Below are positions 8,585 through 20,293 of a DNA stretch of 64,000 bases, piece after piece. The notes below the pieces were generated by a model that had not been told where the DNA came from, made no database searches, and was given only the letters and a program-made list of their open reading frames with translations. Position 1 is the stretch's first letter. Each line of letters starts with the position of its first letter. This DNA comes from Glutamicibacter sp. (GTDB taxonomy: Bacteria; Actinomycetota; Actinomycetes; Actinomycetales; Micrococcaceae), in assembly GCF_032154645.1 (NCBI RefSeq), contig NZ_JALDXV010000015.1:5742-69741 (forward strand), in the 5' to 3' direction. The translations under genes and the position numbers were made by a program.

Positions 8585-10254
8585 TGACGACTACTAACGA
8601 GTTCACTGCGTCGACCAAGACCGGCCGCCTGGCCGACTTCGTCGACTCCCGTGTTGGTGCTTCAGGCATCGTCAAGGAATTCGGCCGTAAGATCTTCCCT
8701 GATCACTGGTCGTTCATGTTCGGTGAAGTGGCGCTGTACTGCTTTGTGCTGTTGCTGCTCTCGGGCACCTTCCTGACGTTCTTCTTCGACCCATCGATGG
8801 CACACGTTGTCTACGAAGGTTCGTACGTACCGCTGAAGGGCATCGGCATGTCGACGGCTATGGCCTCGACCCTCGATATTTCCTTCGACGTCCGCGGTGG
8901 CCTGTTCATGCGACAGGTACACCACTGGTCGGCACTGCTGTTCGTTGCTTCCCTGTCCGTGCACATGCTGCGCGTATTCTTCACCGGCGCGTTCCGTCGC
9001 CCGCGTGAACTGAACTGGGTTGTCGGCGGCGTGCTGCTGATCATGGGCCTGGCTGCAGGCTTCACCGGCTACTCGCTTCCAGATGATCTGCTTTCCGGTA
9101 ACGGTCTGCGCATTATCGATGGCGTGATGAAGTCGATCCCTGTGATCGGTACCTACCTGTCGATGTTCTTCTTCGGCGGAGAGTTCCCCGGCGAGCACGT
9201 GATTCCACGTCTGTACTCGCTGCACATCATGATTGTTCCTGCAGTCATCATCCTGCTTCTGGTCATCCACCTGTTCATGGTGGTTACCCACAAGCACACC
9301 CAGTACCCTGGTCCAGGCCGCACCAACGACAACGTTGTCGGCTTCCCAGTTGGTCCTGTATACGCTGCCAAGGCTGGTGGATTCTTCTTCATCATCTTCG
9401 GCATCATTGCCACCATCTCCGGTCTGGTACAGATCAACCCGGTGTGGAACTACGGTCCATACGATCCGTCCCCTGTTTCGGCTGGTACCCAGCCTGACTG
9501 GTACATCGGTTTCGTTGACGGCGCGCTGCGCCTGATGCCAGGTGTTCTGGGCAACTTCAGCTTCGAGTGGAACATTCCATTCCCATGGGGCTCGAACACT
9601 CTGGTTCTCTCGGTTCTGCTTCCTGCTCTGGTACCTGCAGGCGCACTGTTCACCGTCATGTTCGCATGGCCATGGATTGAGCGTTGGGTCACCAAGGACA
9701 ACCGCGAACACCACCTGCTGGATCGTCCGCGTAACGCACCGTTCCGTACCGCAATGGGTGCAGCCGGCGTTGTCTTCTACTCGGTCATGTGGGCAGCTGC
9801 TTCATCTGACTTGATTGCAACCCACTTCCACGTGGCACTGAACGACGTCACCTACTGGCTGCGTACGCTCTTCTTCATCGGCCCAATCATTGCCTTCTGG
9901 CTGACCCGCCGCATTTGCCTGTCGCTGCAGCGCAAGGATCGAGAGATCGTGCTGCACGGCCGCGAAGCCGGCATCATCCAGATGTCTCCTGAGGGCGGCT
10001 TCTCTGAGAAGCACGAGGAAGTTGACGTTTACAAGCGCTACCTGTTGACGAACTTCAACGACAACAAGTACATTCCGGCCCAGCCGGATGCTGCAGGACA
10101 CATCTCCCGCTCGGAGAAGCGTCGTGCAAAGATCTCGAAGTTCTTCTTCGAAGATCGCGTCGCACCGGTCACCCCGTCGGAGCTGGAAGCTGCACATGCA
10201 GCTCACGGCCACCACGAGGTTGAAGGCGACAAGCAGGACTCGATCGAGAAGTAA
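8584..10254 (+). CDS. qcrB: Cytochrome b subunit of the bc1 complex
   Basis: 556 aa, polytopic, with conserved His-containing helices (QVHHWSA, YSLHIM). The TAATG overlap with the qcrA stop indicates coupling. Confidence 0.95.
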   Translation: MTTTNEFTASTKTGRLADFVDSRVGASGIVKEFGRKIFPDHWSFMFGEVALYCFVLLLLSGTFLTFFFDPSMAHVVYEGSYVPLKGIGMSTAMASTLDISFDVRGGLFMRQVHHWSALLFVASLSVHMLRVFFTGAFRRPRELNWVVGGVLLIMGLAAGFTGYSLPDDLLSGNGLRIIDGVMKSIPVIGTYLSMFFFGGEFPGEHVIPRLYSLHIMIVPAVIILLLVIHLFMVVTHKHTQYPGPGRTNDNVVGFPVGPVYAAKAGGFFFIIFGIIATISGLVQINPVWNYGPYDPSPVSAGTQPDWYIGFVDGALRLMPGVLGNFSFEWNIPFPWGSNTLVLSVLLPALVPAGALFTVMFAWPWIERWVTKDNREHHLLDRPRNAPFRTAMGAAGVVFYSVMWAAASSDLIATHFHVALNDVTYWLRTLFFIGPIIAFWLTRRICLSLQRKDREIVLHGREAGIIQMSPEGGFSEKHEEVDVYKRYLLTNFNDNKYIPAQPDAAGHISRSEKRRAKISKFFFEDRVAPVTPSELEAAHAAHGHHEVEGDKQDSIEK

Positions 10255-10276
10255 TCTCGACTCGCACTAGTCACAA

Positions 10277-10310
10277 AACGAGGGACATACCATTCGGTAT
10301 GTCCCTCGTT
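10277..10310 (+). terminator. Intrinsic terminator of ctaE-qcrCAB
   Basis: aacgagggacatacc / ggtatgtccctcgtt, a 15-bp stem with a 4-nt loop, 23 nt after the qcrB stop and followed by a T-containing tail. Confidence 0.8.
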
Positions 10311-10958
10311 TGGTTAAGCCGAAGTTCTCAAGCCCCTCAGCGCTCTCAGGCGCGTTCCTACTCACTAAGGTGCACTTCCCCGCGTCCGAGCCGTTTTGAA
10401 TCGCTCAGTGCCGCTTCAGAGCCTTCTGAGCCCGCGGCGAATCTTCGTCGCTTCATGCTGCAAAACCAGAGCTCAGGGTCGAGGGGAATTCCCAAGCCCA
10501 TCGCAGCTCATTGCTACTGCTGGACGGCGATTACATATAGCTTCCCGTTGACGAAGAACTTCGTACTCTGTCACGTACGAAATGACGCCCCTGTTGAGTT
10601 GGAGTCAATGGGCCGACCCGCGCCAAATCTTAGCTATTCTCGGCACCGGGCGTCTTGCCATGGGCGGCAGTCTCGATAGAGCCTGGGTTGGAATCGGCAG
10701 CAGTAACGCCACGAATCGAAACTGCTTTCAACGGCGCTAGACGGGTGGCCAAGAGCGTTTTCACATTCAGGGCGTGTAGAAGCGACTTAGGGCGACGCAG
10801 TCGACTCCGACCCTGGTTGGCCGGCCGCAGTCAACCCTGAGCCCGATGATCTGTGCTGACGACAAATTATGCCTAGGAGGAGCGCTGCAGGGCGCCACTG
10901 TCTGACGCGCGTAGGAAGTTACTCCGTTGCACGCTTGGCATGGCGTGAGTCTGAGACA

Positions 10959-11741
10959 TCACATGGTATCCGTGTAGCGCGGAGTTCTGGTCCCCAGACG
11001 CTGCAATGGCACGAAGAGCTTGTAGCGGTCCGAGCGGTAGAGCGAGACCGAATAGTCAGCCAGCCGTTCGCCGACGTAGGCATAGCGGGTGATCTGCAAC
11101 AGCGGGAAACCTGTCTCAACGCCGAGCAATCGGGCCTGACTGGAACTGGCGGCGGTGCTCTCGACCTGGTCTTCGCCCCACTCCAACAGGATGCCGTAGC
11201 GCTCGTGGAGGGCCTGGTAGAGCTTCGAGGGTGGGTCTCCATCGACGAATCCCGGCACGAGGTCGGCAGGCATGTAGTTTTCGTCCAAGCTCATCGGAGT
11301 CCCATCGGCCAGTAGGAGTCGTTTGAACTGAACTACGGGATCCCCCTCCTCGATCATCAACTGTGAGGCAAGGTTAGCGTTGGACTTGATCTCGGCAAAC
11401 TGAAGAACGTGGGCGTCCGGGACCATGCCGCGTCGCATCATGTCTTCGGAATAGGAGTGCAGCCGCACACGGAGGTCCATTTTTTCTGGAACAACGAATG
11501 TGCCGATGCCGACCACTCTTTTAAGCACTTGTTCGTCGACCAATGCGTCGATGGCTTGGCGAATTGTTTTTCTTGCCACGCCGAAGTGTTCAGCCAGGAC
11601 TCGTTCCGGCGGCAGGCGATATCCGGGTTTGCAATGTTCACGTGCGTGGACGCGAAGAACTTCTCGGATCTGCCGGTATTTACTGATTTTACTGTCGGGA
11701 TCAAGGTGTCCAGTGACTGCCGGTTGAGGCGAATGGCGCAT
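10959..11741 (-). CDS. GntR-family transcriptional regulator, HutC/UTRA subfamily
   Basis: N-terminal winged HTH (LPPERVLAEHFGVARKTIRQAIDALVDEQVLKRVVGIGTFV) plus a UTRA-like C-terminal domain. SD aaggggga is present. Confidence 0.85.
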   Translation of the reverse strand: MRHSPQPAVTGHLDPDSKISKYRQIREVLRVHAREHCKPGYRLPPERVLAEHFGVARKTIRQAIDALVDEQVLKRVVGIGTFVVPEKMDLRVRLHSYSEDMMRRGMVPDAHVLQFAEIKSNANLASQLMIEEGDPVVQFKRLLLADGTPMSLDENYMPADLVPGFVDGDPPSKLYQALHERYGILLEWGEDQVESTAASSSQARLLGVETGFPLLQITRYAYVGERLADYSVSLYRSDRYKLFVPLQRLGTRTPRYTDTM

Positions 11742-11804
11742 GTAATTCCCCCTTGTGAGCGAACGTGTCGTTCAATTACGTCCGGCGATCCTGCTGGTTA
11801 AAAG

Positions 11805-11848
11805 ACTAGTGGGGTGACAAACAATTTCTTGCTTGTCACCCCACTAGT
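11805..11848 (-). terminator. Stem-loop downstream of ctaF
   Basis: actagtggggtgacaa / ttgtcaccccactagt, a 16-bp perfect stem with a 12-nt loop, 8 nt after the ctaF stop. Confidence 0.75.
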
Positions 11849-11855
11849 TTAGTGC

Positions 11856-12257
11856 TTAGTGAGCGTGATCGCCGCGGCTGTATTCGTATACCCAGCCGAC
11901 TAGGCCGATTACGGCCAGGCCTGCGCCTACGTAGAATACCCACCAGCCGATTGCAATTCCGAGGAAGGAAATTGCCGCAGCACCGGCAAGTACCAGTGGC
12001 CACCAGCTCCAAGGCGAGAACAATCCGATATCGCCGGCGTTCTCGTGGATTTCACCGTCGACACGGTCCTCGGGACGAGGACCAACGCGACGAGCGGTGA
12101 ACAACAGGTACCAACCAACCATGGCTGACAGACCGGCAAGCATGAGCAGAGCCAAGAAGCCTACCCATTCTTCCCAGTTGGTCATGTAACCGTAAACAAT
12201 TCCTACTGGGATGAAGAAGAAAACTCCACCCAAGAAAATCCAGGATTCAACTTTCAT
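11856..12257 (-). CDS. ctaF: Cytochrome c oxidase subunit IV (actinobacterial type)
   Basis: 133 aa with 4 TM helices and the motif FSPWSWWP. It starts 2 nt downstream of the ctaD stop. Confidence 0.9.
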   Translation of the reverse strand: MKVESWIFLGGVFFFIPVGIVYGYMTNWEEWVGFLALLMLAGLSAMVGWYLLFTARRVGPRPEDRVDGEIHENAGDIGLFSPWSWWPLVLAGAAAISFLGIAIGWWVFYVGAGLAVIGLVGWVYEYSRGDHAH

Positions 12258-12259
12258 CT

Positions 12260-13978
<1,719 letters not shown>

Positions 13979-13983
13979 AGCGA

Positions 13984-14871
13984 TTACTCTCCTTCCCCTT
14001 CGTGCTCAACGACAACGCTGTTCACTTCGTCAGGAACGCGGTCGTACTCTTCACCAATGTGTCCATCTTCCAGCTTTGCCATCTGAGCCTTGAACTCGGA
14101 CTCGGAGACAACCTTCAAGTTGAACAGCATTTCCGAGTGGTACTCGCCGCAAAGTTCGGCGCACTTGCCATCGTAGGTGCCTTCAACCTGTGGGGTCAGG
14201 TAGATGTGGTTGGTCTTGCCTGGGATCATGTCCAGCTTCTGCAGGAAGGCTGGTACCCAGAAGGAGTGGATCACGTCGCGGCTGTTCAGCTGCAGGTCCA
14301 CGGACTTGCCAGCTGGCAGGTACAGGGTTGGCAGGGTTTCCTGAGCACCTGGCGAACCATCGGTGTTCAGGTGAGCCTGGGTGCCGGCGAAGTACTTCTC
14401 GGTTCCACCATCGAAGGTGTAGTTGAAGTCCCATGCCCACTGCTTGGCGCGGACGTCCACGGTGATCTCGGAATCAACAGGCTTGTTGATGCTGTTGACC
14501 AAGTTGTTGTTGAAGCTAAAGAAGACCAGAACAAGGACCAGCGGAATGGCCGTGTAGAAGATCTCCAATGGCAGGTTGTAGCTCAGCTGACGCGGGTAGC
14601 CAGTGTCAGTCTTGCGGCGACGGTAGGCAATGATGCACCACAGCATCAAACCCCAAGTCAAAATACCGACGACAATCACAGCAATCCACGAGTGGACCCA
14701 GAAATCCTGAATCGCAGCAGTGTGGTTGGTGGTGTCGCGGTCCACGTTGGGGAGCCAACCGCGTTTGACCTCCGCTGAACATCCCGTCAACAGCAATGCA
14801 CTAGTACCCACTAAGGCCAGTACTTTGGCCTTAGCGGTACCGCGACTGCCGGTTCGGTCTTGCGAACTCAC
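13984..14871 (-). CDS. ctaC: Cytochrome c oxidase subunit II (lipoprotein signal)
   Basis: CuA site [12 protein letters not shown] and lipobox LLTGCS. The GTG at 14871 is preceded by a strong SD (aaagaggaaggg); the longest ORF starts at 14913. Confidence 0.93.
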   Translation of the reverse strand: MSSQDRTGSRGTAKAKVLALVGTSALLLTGCSAEVKRGWLPNVDRDTTNHTAAIQDFWVHSWIAVIVVGILTWGLMLWCIIAYRRRKTDTGYPRQLSYNLPLEIFYTAIPLVLVLVFFSFNNNLVNSINKPVDSEITVDVRAKQWAWDFNYTFDGGTEKYFAGTQAHLNTDGSPGAQETLPTLYLPAGKSVDLQLNSRDVIHSFWVPAFLQKLDMIPGKTNHIYLTPQVEGTYDGKCAELCGEYHSEMLFNLKVVSESEFKAQMAKLEDGHIGEEYDRVPDEVNSVVVEHEGEGE

Positions 14872-15020
14872 AGACGGCCCTTCCTCTTTGTTGGTGCAGA
14901 ATGTGGTCTTCATAAGTCACCTCGCTATTTACGAGATGCACGGTGAGGTGGCTCACGAAGCGAAACATAGTTTTACTACTTAATGTAGAGCTTACCCTCT
15001 TCGGGCTCAGAATACCGAAA

Positions 15021-15070
15021 AACGCCGCTGTTCAGACGAGAAATTTCTTCAACGAATGAACAGCGGCGTT
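15021..15070 (-). terminator. Intrinsic terminator downstream of the Fe-S carrier gene
   Basis: aacgccgctgttca / tgaacagcggcgtt, a 14-bp stem. On the minus strand it is followed by a TTTTT run. Confidence 0.8.
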
Positions 15071-15083
15071 AGTTCCCAGAGGC

Positions 15084-15458
15084 TTAGTGGAACGAATCTC
15101 CGCAAGCGCAAGAGCCGGAGGCCGCTGGGTTGTCGATGGTGAAGCCCTGCTTCGAGATGGTGTCCTCAAAGTCGATGGAAGCGCCAGCCAGGTAAGGCAC
15201 GCTCATCTTGTCGACGATGACCTCAACGCCGTCGAAGTCGCGTACTGCGTCGCCTTCAAGCATGCGCTCGTCAAAGTAGAGCTGGTAAATAAGGCCCGAG
15301 CAACCGCCTGGCTGCACAGCAATGCGCAGGCGCAGGTCGTCGCGGCCTTCCTGCTCAAGAAGTGAGCGAACCTTGGCTGCTGCAACATCTGAAATGTTGA
15401 CTTCGTGGGTTGGGACCTCGGTTGGATCACCCTTGGTCTGATCTACGGCTGCAGTCAT
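15084..15458 (-). CDS. HesB/IscA/ErpA-family iron-sulfur cluster insertion protein
   Basis: C-terminal CACGDSFH and GCSG motifs. The ATG at 15458 lies directly after SD gggaggaaatc. Confidence 0.9.
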   Translation of the reverse strand: MTAAVDQTKGDPTEVPTHEVNISDVAAAKVRSLLEQEGRDDLRLRIAVQPGGCSGLIYQLYFDERMLEGDAVRDFDGVEVIVDKMSVPYLAGASIDFEDTISKQGFTIDNPAASGSCACGDSFH

Positions 15459-15591
15459 GATTTCCTCCCAAACTGCTCGATGTGGTACCAAGTTTTACCC
15501 TTGTGGTGCCGACTTGGAACCCTTTTCTTAGTTCTATCCTACGTCTGCGGGCTTTGGAAAGCCCCCTCTGAGACAACGTGTATGACGCGGC

Positions 15592-17001
15592 TCATAGACC
15601 TTCGGCGTTGATCCGTGCCAGCAGCAGAGCTTCAGCTTCAATCGCATGCTGGAAATCTCCCAAATGCAGGGACTCGTTAGCTGAATGCGCGCGCGAATCA
15701 GGATCTTCCACTCCGGTCACCAGTATTTGAGCCTCAGGGAAGATTTCCGAAAGATCAGCGATGAATGGAATGGATCCCCCGAGGCCCATGTTCACTGGTA
15801 CAACTCCCCAAGCTTGTTCCAACGCCCATGCGGCGGTGGCGTTTGCAGGGGCATCGATGTTTGCGAGGTAGGAACTGCCGGCTTCGATTGGCTTGAACTC
15901 AACTTCGGCGCCTCGCAGTTCAACGCTCTTTATATGAGCTTCGAATGCTTCAAGCGCTGTGGCCGGGTCCTGCCCCGGCGCCAGCCTCATCGATACCTTG
16001 AAGCGCGTCTGCGGAATCAGGGTGTTTGATGAATGGCTAACACTCGGGACATCCATACCAATGACACTCAGGGCTGGTTTATTCCACAATCGATCGGTCA
16101 GTTTTCCTGTCCCCGCCAACTGGAAGGAATCGGAGACGCCGGAATCCGCTCTGAACTGCTCTTCGGTGAAGTCAACATCGGCTGAATCATGGGAAACAAG
16201 GCCCTCGATTGCAACGTCGCCATTTTCATCGTGGAAGGTCGCGATAAGCTTGGCCGCTAGAAGTGGAGAATCCAGAATCGGGCCTCCGAACATTCCGGAG
16301 TGGACGGCGTGCTTCAATGATCGAACCGTGATCTCTGCGGCGCACATTCCTCGCAAAGAAGTAGTAAGCGCAGGTGTGCCGACGGCCCAGTTGCCGGAAT
16401 CGGCAACGATGATGACGTCGGCGGCCAGCTTGTCCTGGTGAGCTTCGAGGAAATTGCGGAATGACGGCGATCCGGCCTCTTCTTCCCCCTCGAAGAAGTA
16501 GGTGACGCCCACGCCAAAGTCTTGTACCGAGTCGAGTACGGCACGCATCGCGGCGATATGCACCATGATTCCCGCTTTATCATCGGCAGCTCCCCTGCCA
16601 AAGAGCCGGTCGCCGACACGCGTGGCTTCAAAGACTGGTGTGTTCCAGTCGGCTTCGTCGCCCGGAGGCTGCACGTCGTGGTGTGCGTACAACAGGACGG
16701 TGGGTTTACCCTCGACTGCCGGGCGGTGCGCGACCAGTGCCGGCGCACCCATCGAACTGTTGTCAGTTGGCTCTCGCAGGATTTCAATGCTTTGCATACC
16801 CGCGGTTTCGGCTAGTGCCGCAACGGCTTGGGCTGACTTTTCAAGGTTCTGCGGATCGAAGGAATCCCAGGCGATACTCGGGATGGCGACGAGCGCGGTC
16901 AGCTCTTCAAGGATCTTCTCAAAGTTGCTTTGGATATGACCTTTGAGTGCAGCTACGTCTACACCATGTGCAGTGGACTGCTCGGTTGAATCTGATGTCA
17001 T
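15592..17001 (-). CDS. M20-family dipeptidase / peptidase
   Basis: 469 aa with AHHDVQPPGD, GRGAADDKAG and EGEEEAGS metal-binding motifs of M20 peptidases. Confidence 0.88.
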   Translation of the reverse strand: MTSDSTEQSTAHGVDVAALKGHIQSNFEKILEELTALVAIPSIAWDSFDPQNLEKSAQAVAALAETAGMQSIEILREPTDNSSMGAPALVAHRPAVEGKPTVLLYAHHDVQPPGDEADWNTPVFEATRVGDRLFGRGAADDKAGIMVHIAAMRAVLDSVQDFGVGVTYFFEGEEEAGSPSFRNFLEAHQDKLAADVIIVADSGNWAVGTPALTTSLRGMCAAEITVRSLKHAVHSGMFGGPILDSPLLAAKLIATFHDENGDVAIEGLVSHDSADVDFTEEQFRADSGVSDSFQLAGTGKLTDRLWNKPALSVIGMDVPSVSHSSNTLIPQTRFKVSMRLAPGQDPATALEAFEAHIKSVELRGAEVEFKPIEAGSSYLANIDAPANATAAWALEQAWGVVPVNMGLGGSIPFIADLSEIFPEAQILVTGVEDPDSRAHSANESLHLGDFQHAIEAEALLLARINAEGL

Positions 17002-17069
17002 GGAATCAGCCTAGCAATTCTGGGGTTGTCGATGTCACCCTGAGTATCAATCACCGCTAGGATGGAGAG

Positions 17070-17663
17070 GTGTTTGGACGTAAGAAGGATGAATCTCAAT
17101 CCCAAGTAAATGTGGAGCCCGCTGAGCAGGCCCCTGAATCTGGCGACGGCCGTAAATCCGGCCCCACGCCCAAGCGTAGCGAGCAGCAAGCAAGCCGTCA
17201 GCGGCCGCTGGTACCTACCGATCGTAAGGCGGCGAAGGAAGTTGAGCGCCAGCAGCGCATCGAAGCCCAGAATCGCCTGCGCATCGCGAATGAAACCGGC
17301 GACGAGCGCTACCTGATGCCCCGCGACAAGGGACCGCAGAAACGCTATGCCCGCGACTTCATTGATGCACGGTGGATGATCGGCGAGTTCATGATGTTCT
17401 TCGTCCTCGCATTCCTGATTATTTCGCTGACTTTCAGCGGAAATATCAACATCCAGGTAGCTGTTCAGACCGGCCTCTGGGTGCTGATAGCGATCATAGT
17501 TATCGAATCAATCATCACTAATACCATCCTCAAGCGTCGCTTGACTGCCAAGTTCGGCAGCGTCGACAGGGGTGTACGTATGTACGCCACCATGCGCGGT
17601 CTTCAGTTCCGCAAACTGCGACTGCCAAAACCTCAGGTAAAGCGCGGCGCTTCGATCGACTAA
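17070..17663 (+). CDS. DUF3043-family membrane protein
   Basis: A basic, disordered N-terminus (GRKKDESQ...PTPKRSEQQ) followed by two TM helices, typical of actinobacterial DUF3043. GTG start after SD aggatggagag. Confidence 0.75.
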   Translation: MFGRKKDESQSQVNVEPAEQAPESGDGRKSGPTPKRSEQQASRQRPLVPTDRKAAKEVERQQRIEAQNRLRIANETGDERYLMPRDKGPQKRYARDFIDARWMIGEFMMFFVLAFLIISLTFSGNINIQVAVQTGLWVLIAIIVIESIITNTILKRRLTAKFGSVDRGVRMYATMRGLQFRKLRLPKPQVKRGASID

Positions 17664-17679
17664 CCGATCCAACAAGGTT

Positions 17680-17712
17680 AAGAGGCGGATTCCACCATGG
17701 AATCCGCCTCTT
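17680..17712 (+). terminator. Intrinsic terminator after the DUF3043 gene
   Basis: aagaggcggattcca / tggaatccgcctctt, a 15-bp stem with a 3-nt loop, followed by a T. Confidence 0.8.
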
Positions 17713-18060
17713 TCGCATTCCCCGTCAGTCCATCTGAAGCAGGTTACGCTGTGCTCGTTGAGTGCGGCACTGCCGATGTACAATGATAAAAATTTGTCGA
17801 CCGGTACCTCGCGAATCTTTTCGATTGGTACAAAACAAATCGTGAAAATTGTAGTAACTCCGTAAACGGCGGCAATTGTATGGTGGGACATTGGCTCTCC
17901 ACCGAAACAACTGTCGATCCAGCTCGTCCGACATCTATTGAGCGCCCATGAAGTAATTGAAAACCTTGTACCGCCGTCTACAAGGTTGAGTTGTGTAAGC
18001 GTTTCGAGTTCTCCCCCATGTTTGATCAGAAAGTCTTACCAAGTGTACCTACTTTAAAGG

Positions 18061-18100
18061 CCGCGGCCTCGAACCCACTGGTGTGAGTTCGAGGCCGCGG
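18061..18100 (-). terminator. Stem-loop downstream of pyrD
   Basis: ccgcggcctcgaac / gttcgaggccgcgg, a 14-bp stem with a 12-nt loop, 34 nt past the pyrD stop. Confidence 0.7.
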
Positions 18101-18133
18101 TGGAATTTCGGGAAGAAACAATTTTTTCTAAAG

Positions 18134-19198
18134 CTAGAGCATGCGCTCCAGTTCACGATTGATCGTACGGGCCCAGAATGGTCCTTCATAGAGGAAAGCT
18201 GTGTATCCCTGAACGAGGTCAGCTCCGGCGTCCAATCGTTCCTTCACATCTGCTGCGGTGGTGACGCCGCCGACAGCGATCAACGCCATGTCGGCCGGGA
18301 CCATTGAGCGCAACTGGCGAAGAACATCAAGGGAGCGTTCCTTGAGCGGGGCGCCCGACAAGCCGCCAGCTCCGATTTCTTCCACCTTGTTCGGAGCGCT
18401 GTCTAGACCTTCGCGGCCGATGGTCGTATTCGTGGCGATAATCCCGTCGAGGCCAAGTTCGGTTGCCAGCTTTGCAACGTCGGCTAGGTCCTCGTCGCTG
18501 AGATCTGGAGCGATTTTAACAAGCAATGGAATATGGCGGCCCGCGACGTGATCCGCGAGCTGTCCGACCTCGGTCAACAGCGGACGCAGGGATTCGACAC
18601 TTTGCAGGAGTCGAAGGCCCGGGGTATTGGGACTGGAAACGTTTACGACGAGATAATCCGCATGAATCGCCAGTTGTCGAGTCGAAGTGAGGTAATCCCC
18701 CACCGCGTCATCCAGTTCCACGACCTTGGTTTTGCCGATATTGACGCCGACCACTGGACGGGTCTGCGAATAGTCAGACTTAAGATGTTGCCGGGCCTGT
18801 GCAACCCGTGCGGCGACGACTTCAGCTCCCTCATTATTGAAACCCATTCGGTTAATGACCGCACGGTCTTCTACCAAACGGAACAGGCGGGGCTGTGGAT
18901 TGCCAGGCTGAGCCTGACCCGTGACAGTGCCGATTTCAACGTGCCCGAAGCCGATATCGCTTAACGCAAGGATTCCGGTGGCACCCTTGTCGAATCCTGC
19001 GGCCAATCCGAATGGAGACGGGAAGTCGATCCCCATGACGGTGCGCTTCAATTGCGGTGCCGGTGCGAAAAATTTGCGAGTTGCCTTGGTCAGTCCCACT
19101 TTTTGCGCGAGCTTAATCGCGTCAAAGGCAAAGTGATGGGCCTTTTCGGGATCCATCTTGGTGAATACGTGTTTGAAGACCGAAGGATAAATGCGCAT
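18134..19198 (-). CDS. pyrD: Dihydroorotate dehydrogenase (quinone), class 2
   Basis: N-terminal membrane-association helix ([22 protein letters not shown]), plus [15 protein letters not shown] and GGV motifs. The start is set at ATG 19198; the longest ORF starts at 19291. Confidence 0.93.
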   Translation of the reverse strand: MRIYPSVFKHVFTKMDPEKAHHFAFDAIKLAQKVGLTKATRKFFAPAPQLKRTVMGIDFPSPFGLAAGFDKGATGILALSDIGFGHVEIGTVTGQAQPGNPQPRLFRLVEDRAVINRMGFNNEGAEVVAARVAQARQHLKSDYSQTRPVVGVNIGKTKVVELDDAVGDYLTSTRQLAIHADYLVVNVSSPNTPGLRLLQSVESLRPLLTEVGQLADHVAGRHIPLLVKIAPDLSDEDLADVAKLATELGLDGIIATNTTIGREGLDSAPNKVEEIGAGGLSGAPLKERSLDVLRQLRSMVPADMALIAVGGVTTAADVKERLDAGADLVQGYTAFLYEGPFWARTINRELERML

Positions 19199-19258
19199 GC
19201 TGTTAATCTTCCCGTGAAGTGGTGCTTTGAGACAACTTGAGATCGGTAAGCTACTACC

Positions 19259-20293
19259 ATGAGGGGCACCGAAATTCTTCCCGCCGATCAATGGCCGCAG
19301 TTTCTCCCATCAAGTACCGAGGGCCAGTGGCTGGCAGATCCATTGGGGCCGGACTATGAATACACCACCTTGGATTTTGGCGTCGACGCCGAAGGGCCGT
19401 TGGTTGCTACGGTGGTGCGCTACGTTCCGGCGCAGCGTTTTGGGTGGCTTCGTGGGCGCCGTGTCAAGGGAGTAGTGCTCTCCGTACATGGTTGGAGCGA
19501 CTATTTCTACAACCGGCAGCTGGCCGAATTCTGGCATGCGCAGGGCTACCACTTTTACGCACTGGATCTTCGCCATCACGGCCGCAGCCTGCGCGAAGAA
19601 CATCAGCTTCCTGGTTACGTTGATGATCTGCAGCACCTCGATCTGGAATTGAACGCTGCATTGGACCTGGTGCGACGCGCACACCCCGATCTGCCGGTGG
19701 TGGCGCAGGGCCACTCGATGGGCGGGCTGGTTCTCAGCCTTTGGATCGATCGAACGCATGCTCCGATCCAAGCGTTGGTGCTCAACGCACCATGGCTGGA
19801 GTTTCAAGGCACCGCATTCCTGCGCATTCCAATCAACGGGTTGATGGAGGCCATGGCGCGAAGCAACCCGCGCCGAAAAATCCTGGCAACACAGTTCGAC
19901 CACTATTGGCAGTCCCTGAGCGACAGCGCCCAGGGCCAGTGGGACCTTCATCCGATCTGGCGTCCTGCCTTTGCGTTCCCCAGCACCGCGGGCTGGCTGC
20001 ACACCATTTTGGAGGGCCACGCTCAAATCGCCAAGGGGCTGAGCCTGAGCATTCCAGTACTCTTGCTGACCTCGAACGAATCTCATCTCAGCACCACCTA
20101 CTCGGCGGCGATGCAGTACGCCGATTCGGTAATCGACGTCAACCAAACGCGGCTGCGTGCCTTAAAGCTTGGAAGTTTCGTGACGCTGTCCCGGGTGAAG
20201 GGGGCGATGCACGACGTGTTTTCCTCAGCGGAGCCCGCCCGCGCCACTGCCTATCGAGACCTTCAGTTATGGCTGAAAATGCTGGAGTGCTAG
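19259..20293 (+). CDS. Alpha/beta hydrolase (lysophospholipase / monoacylglycerol-lipase-like)
   Basis: GHSMGG nucleophile elbow and an HG oxyanion region (SVHGWSDY). Its stop overlaps the convergent uppS stop in the tetranucleotide CTAG at 20290-20293, with no terminator between them. Confidence 0.8.
   Translation: MRGTEILPADQWPQFLPSSTEGQWLADPLGPDYEYTTLDFGVDAEGPLVATVVRYVPAQRFGWLRGRRVKGVVLSVHGWSDYFYNRQLAEFWHAQGYHFYALDLRHHGRSLREEHQLPGYVDDLQHLDLELNAALDLVRRAHPDLPVVAQGHSMGGLVLSLWIDRTHAPIQALVLNAPWLEFQGTAFLRIPINGLMEAMARSNPRRKILATQFDHYWQSLSDSAQGQWDLHPIWRPAFAFPSTAGWLHTILEGHAQIAKGLSLSIPVLLLTSNESHLSTTYSAAMQYADSVIDVNQTRLRALKLGSFVTLSRVKGAMHDVFSSAEPARATAYRDLQLWLKMLEC

Noticed and set aside
10299-10840. 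ORFs of 126 aa (10299..10679) and 61 aa (10655..10840) downstream of qcrB.
   Set aside because: The first ATG sits inside the right arm of the qcrB terminator hairpin. Both products are Ser/Arg/Pro-rich and lack an SD. The tract is treated as non-coding or decayed (see the findings).
17508-17934. Minus-strand ORFs of 127 aa and 69 aa in the DUF3043-pyrD spacer.
   Set aside because: The 127-aa ORF reads through the DUF3043 terminator stem (its ERGGFHGG segment is the hairpin itself) and overlaps that gene by about 155 nt. The 69-aa ORF is Arg-rich and has no SD.
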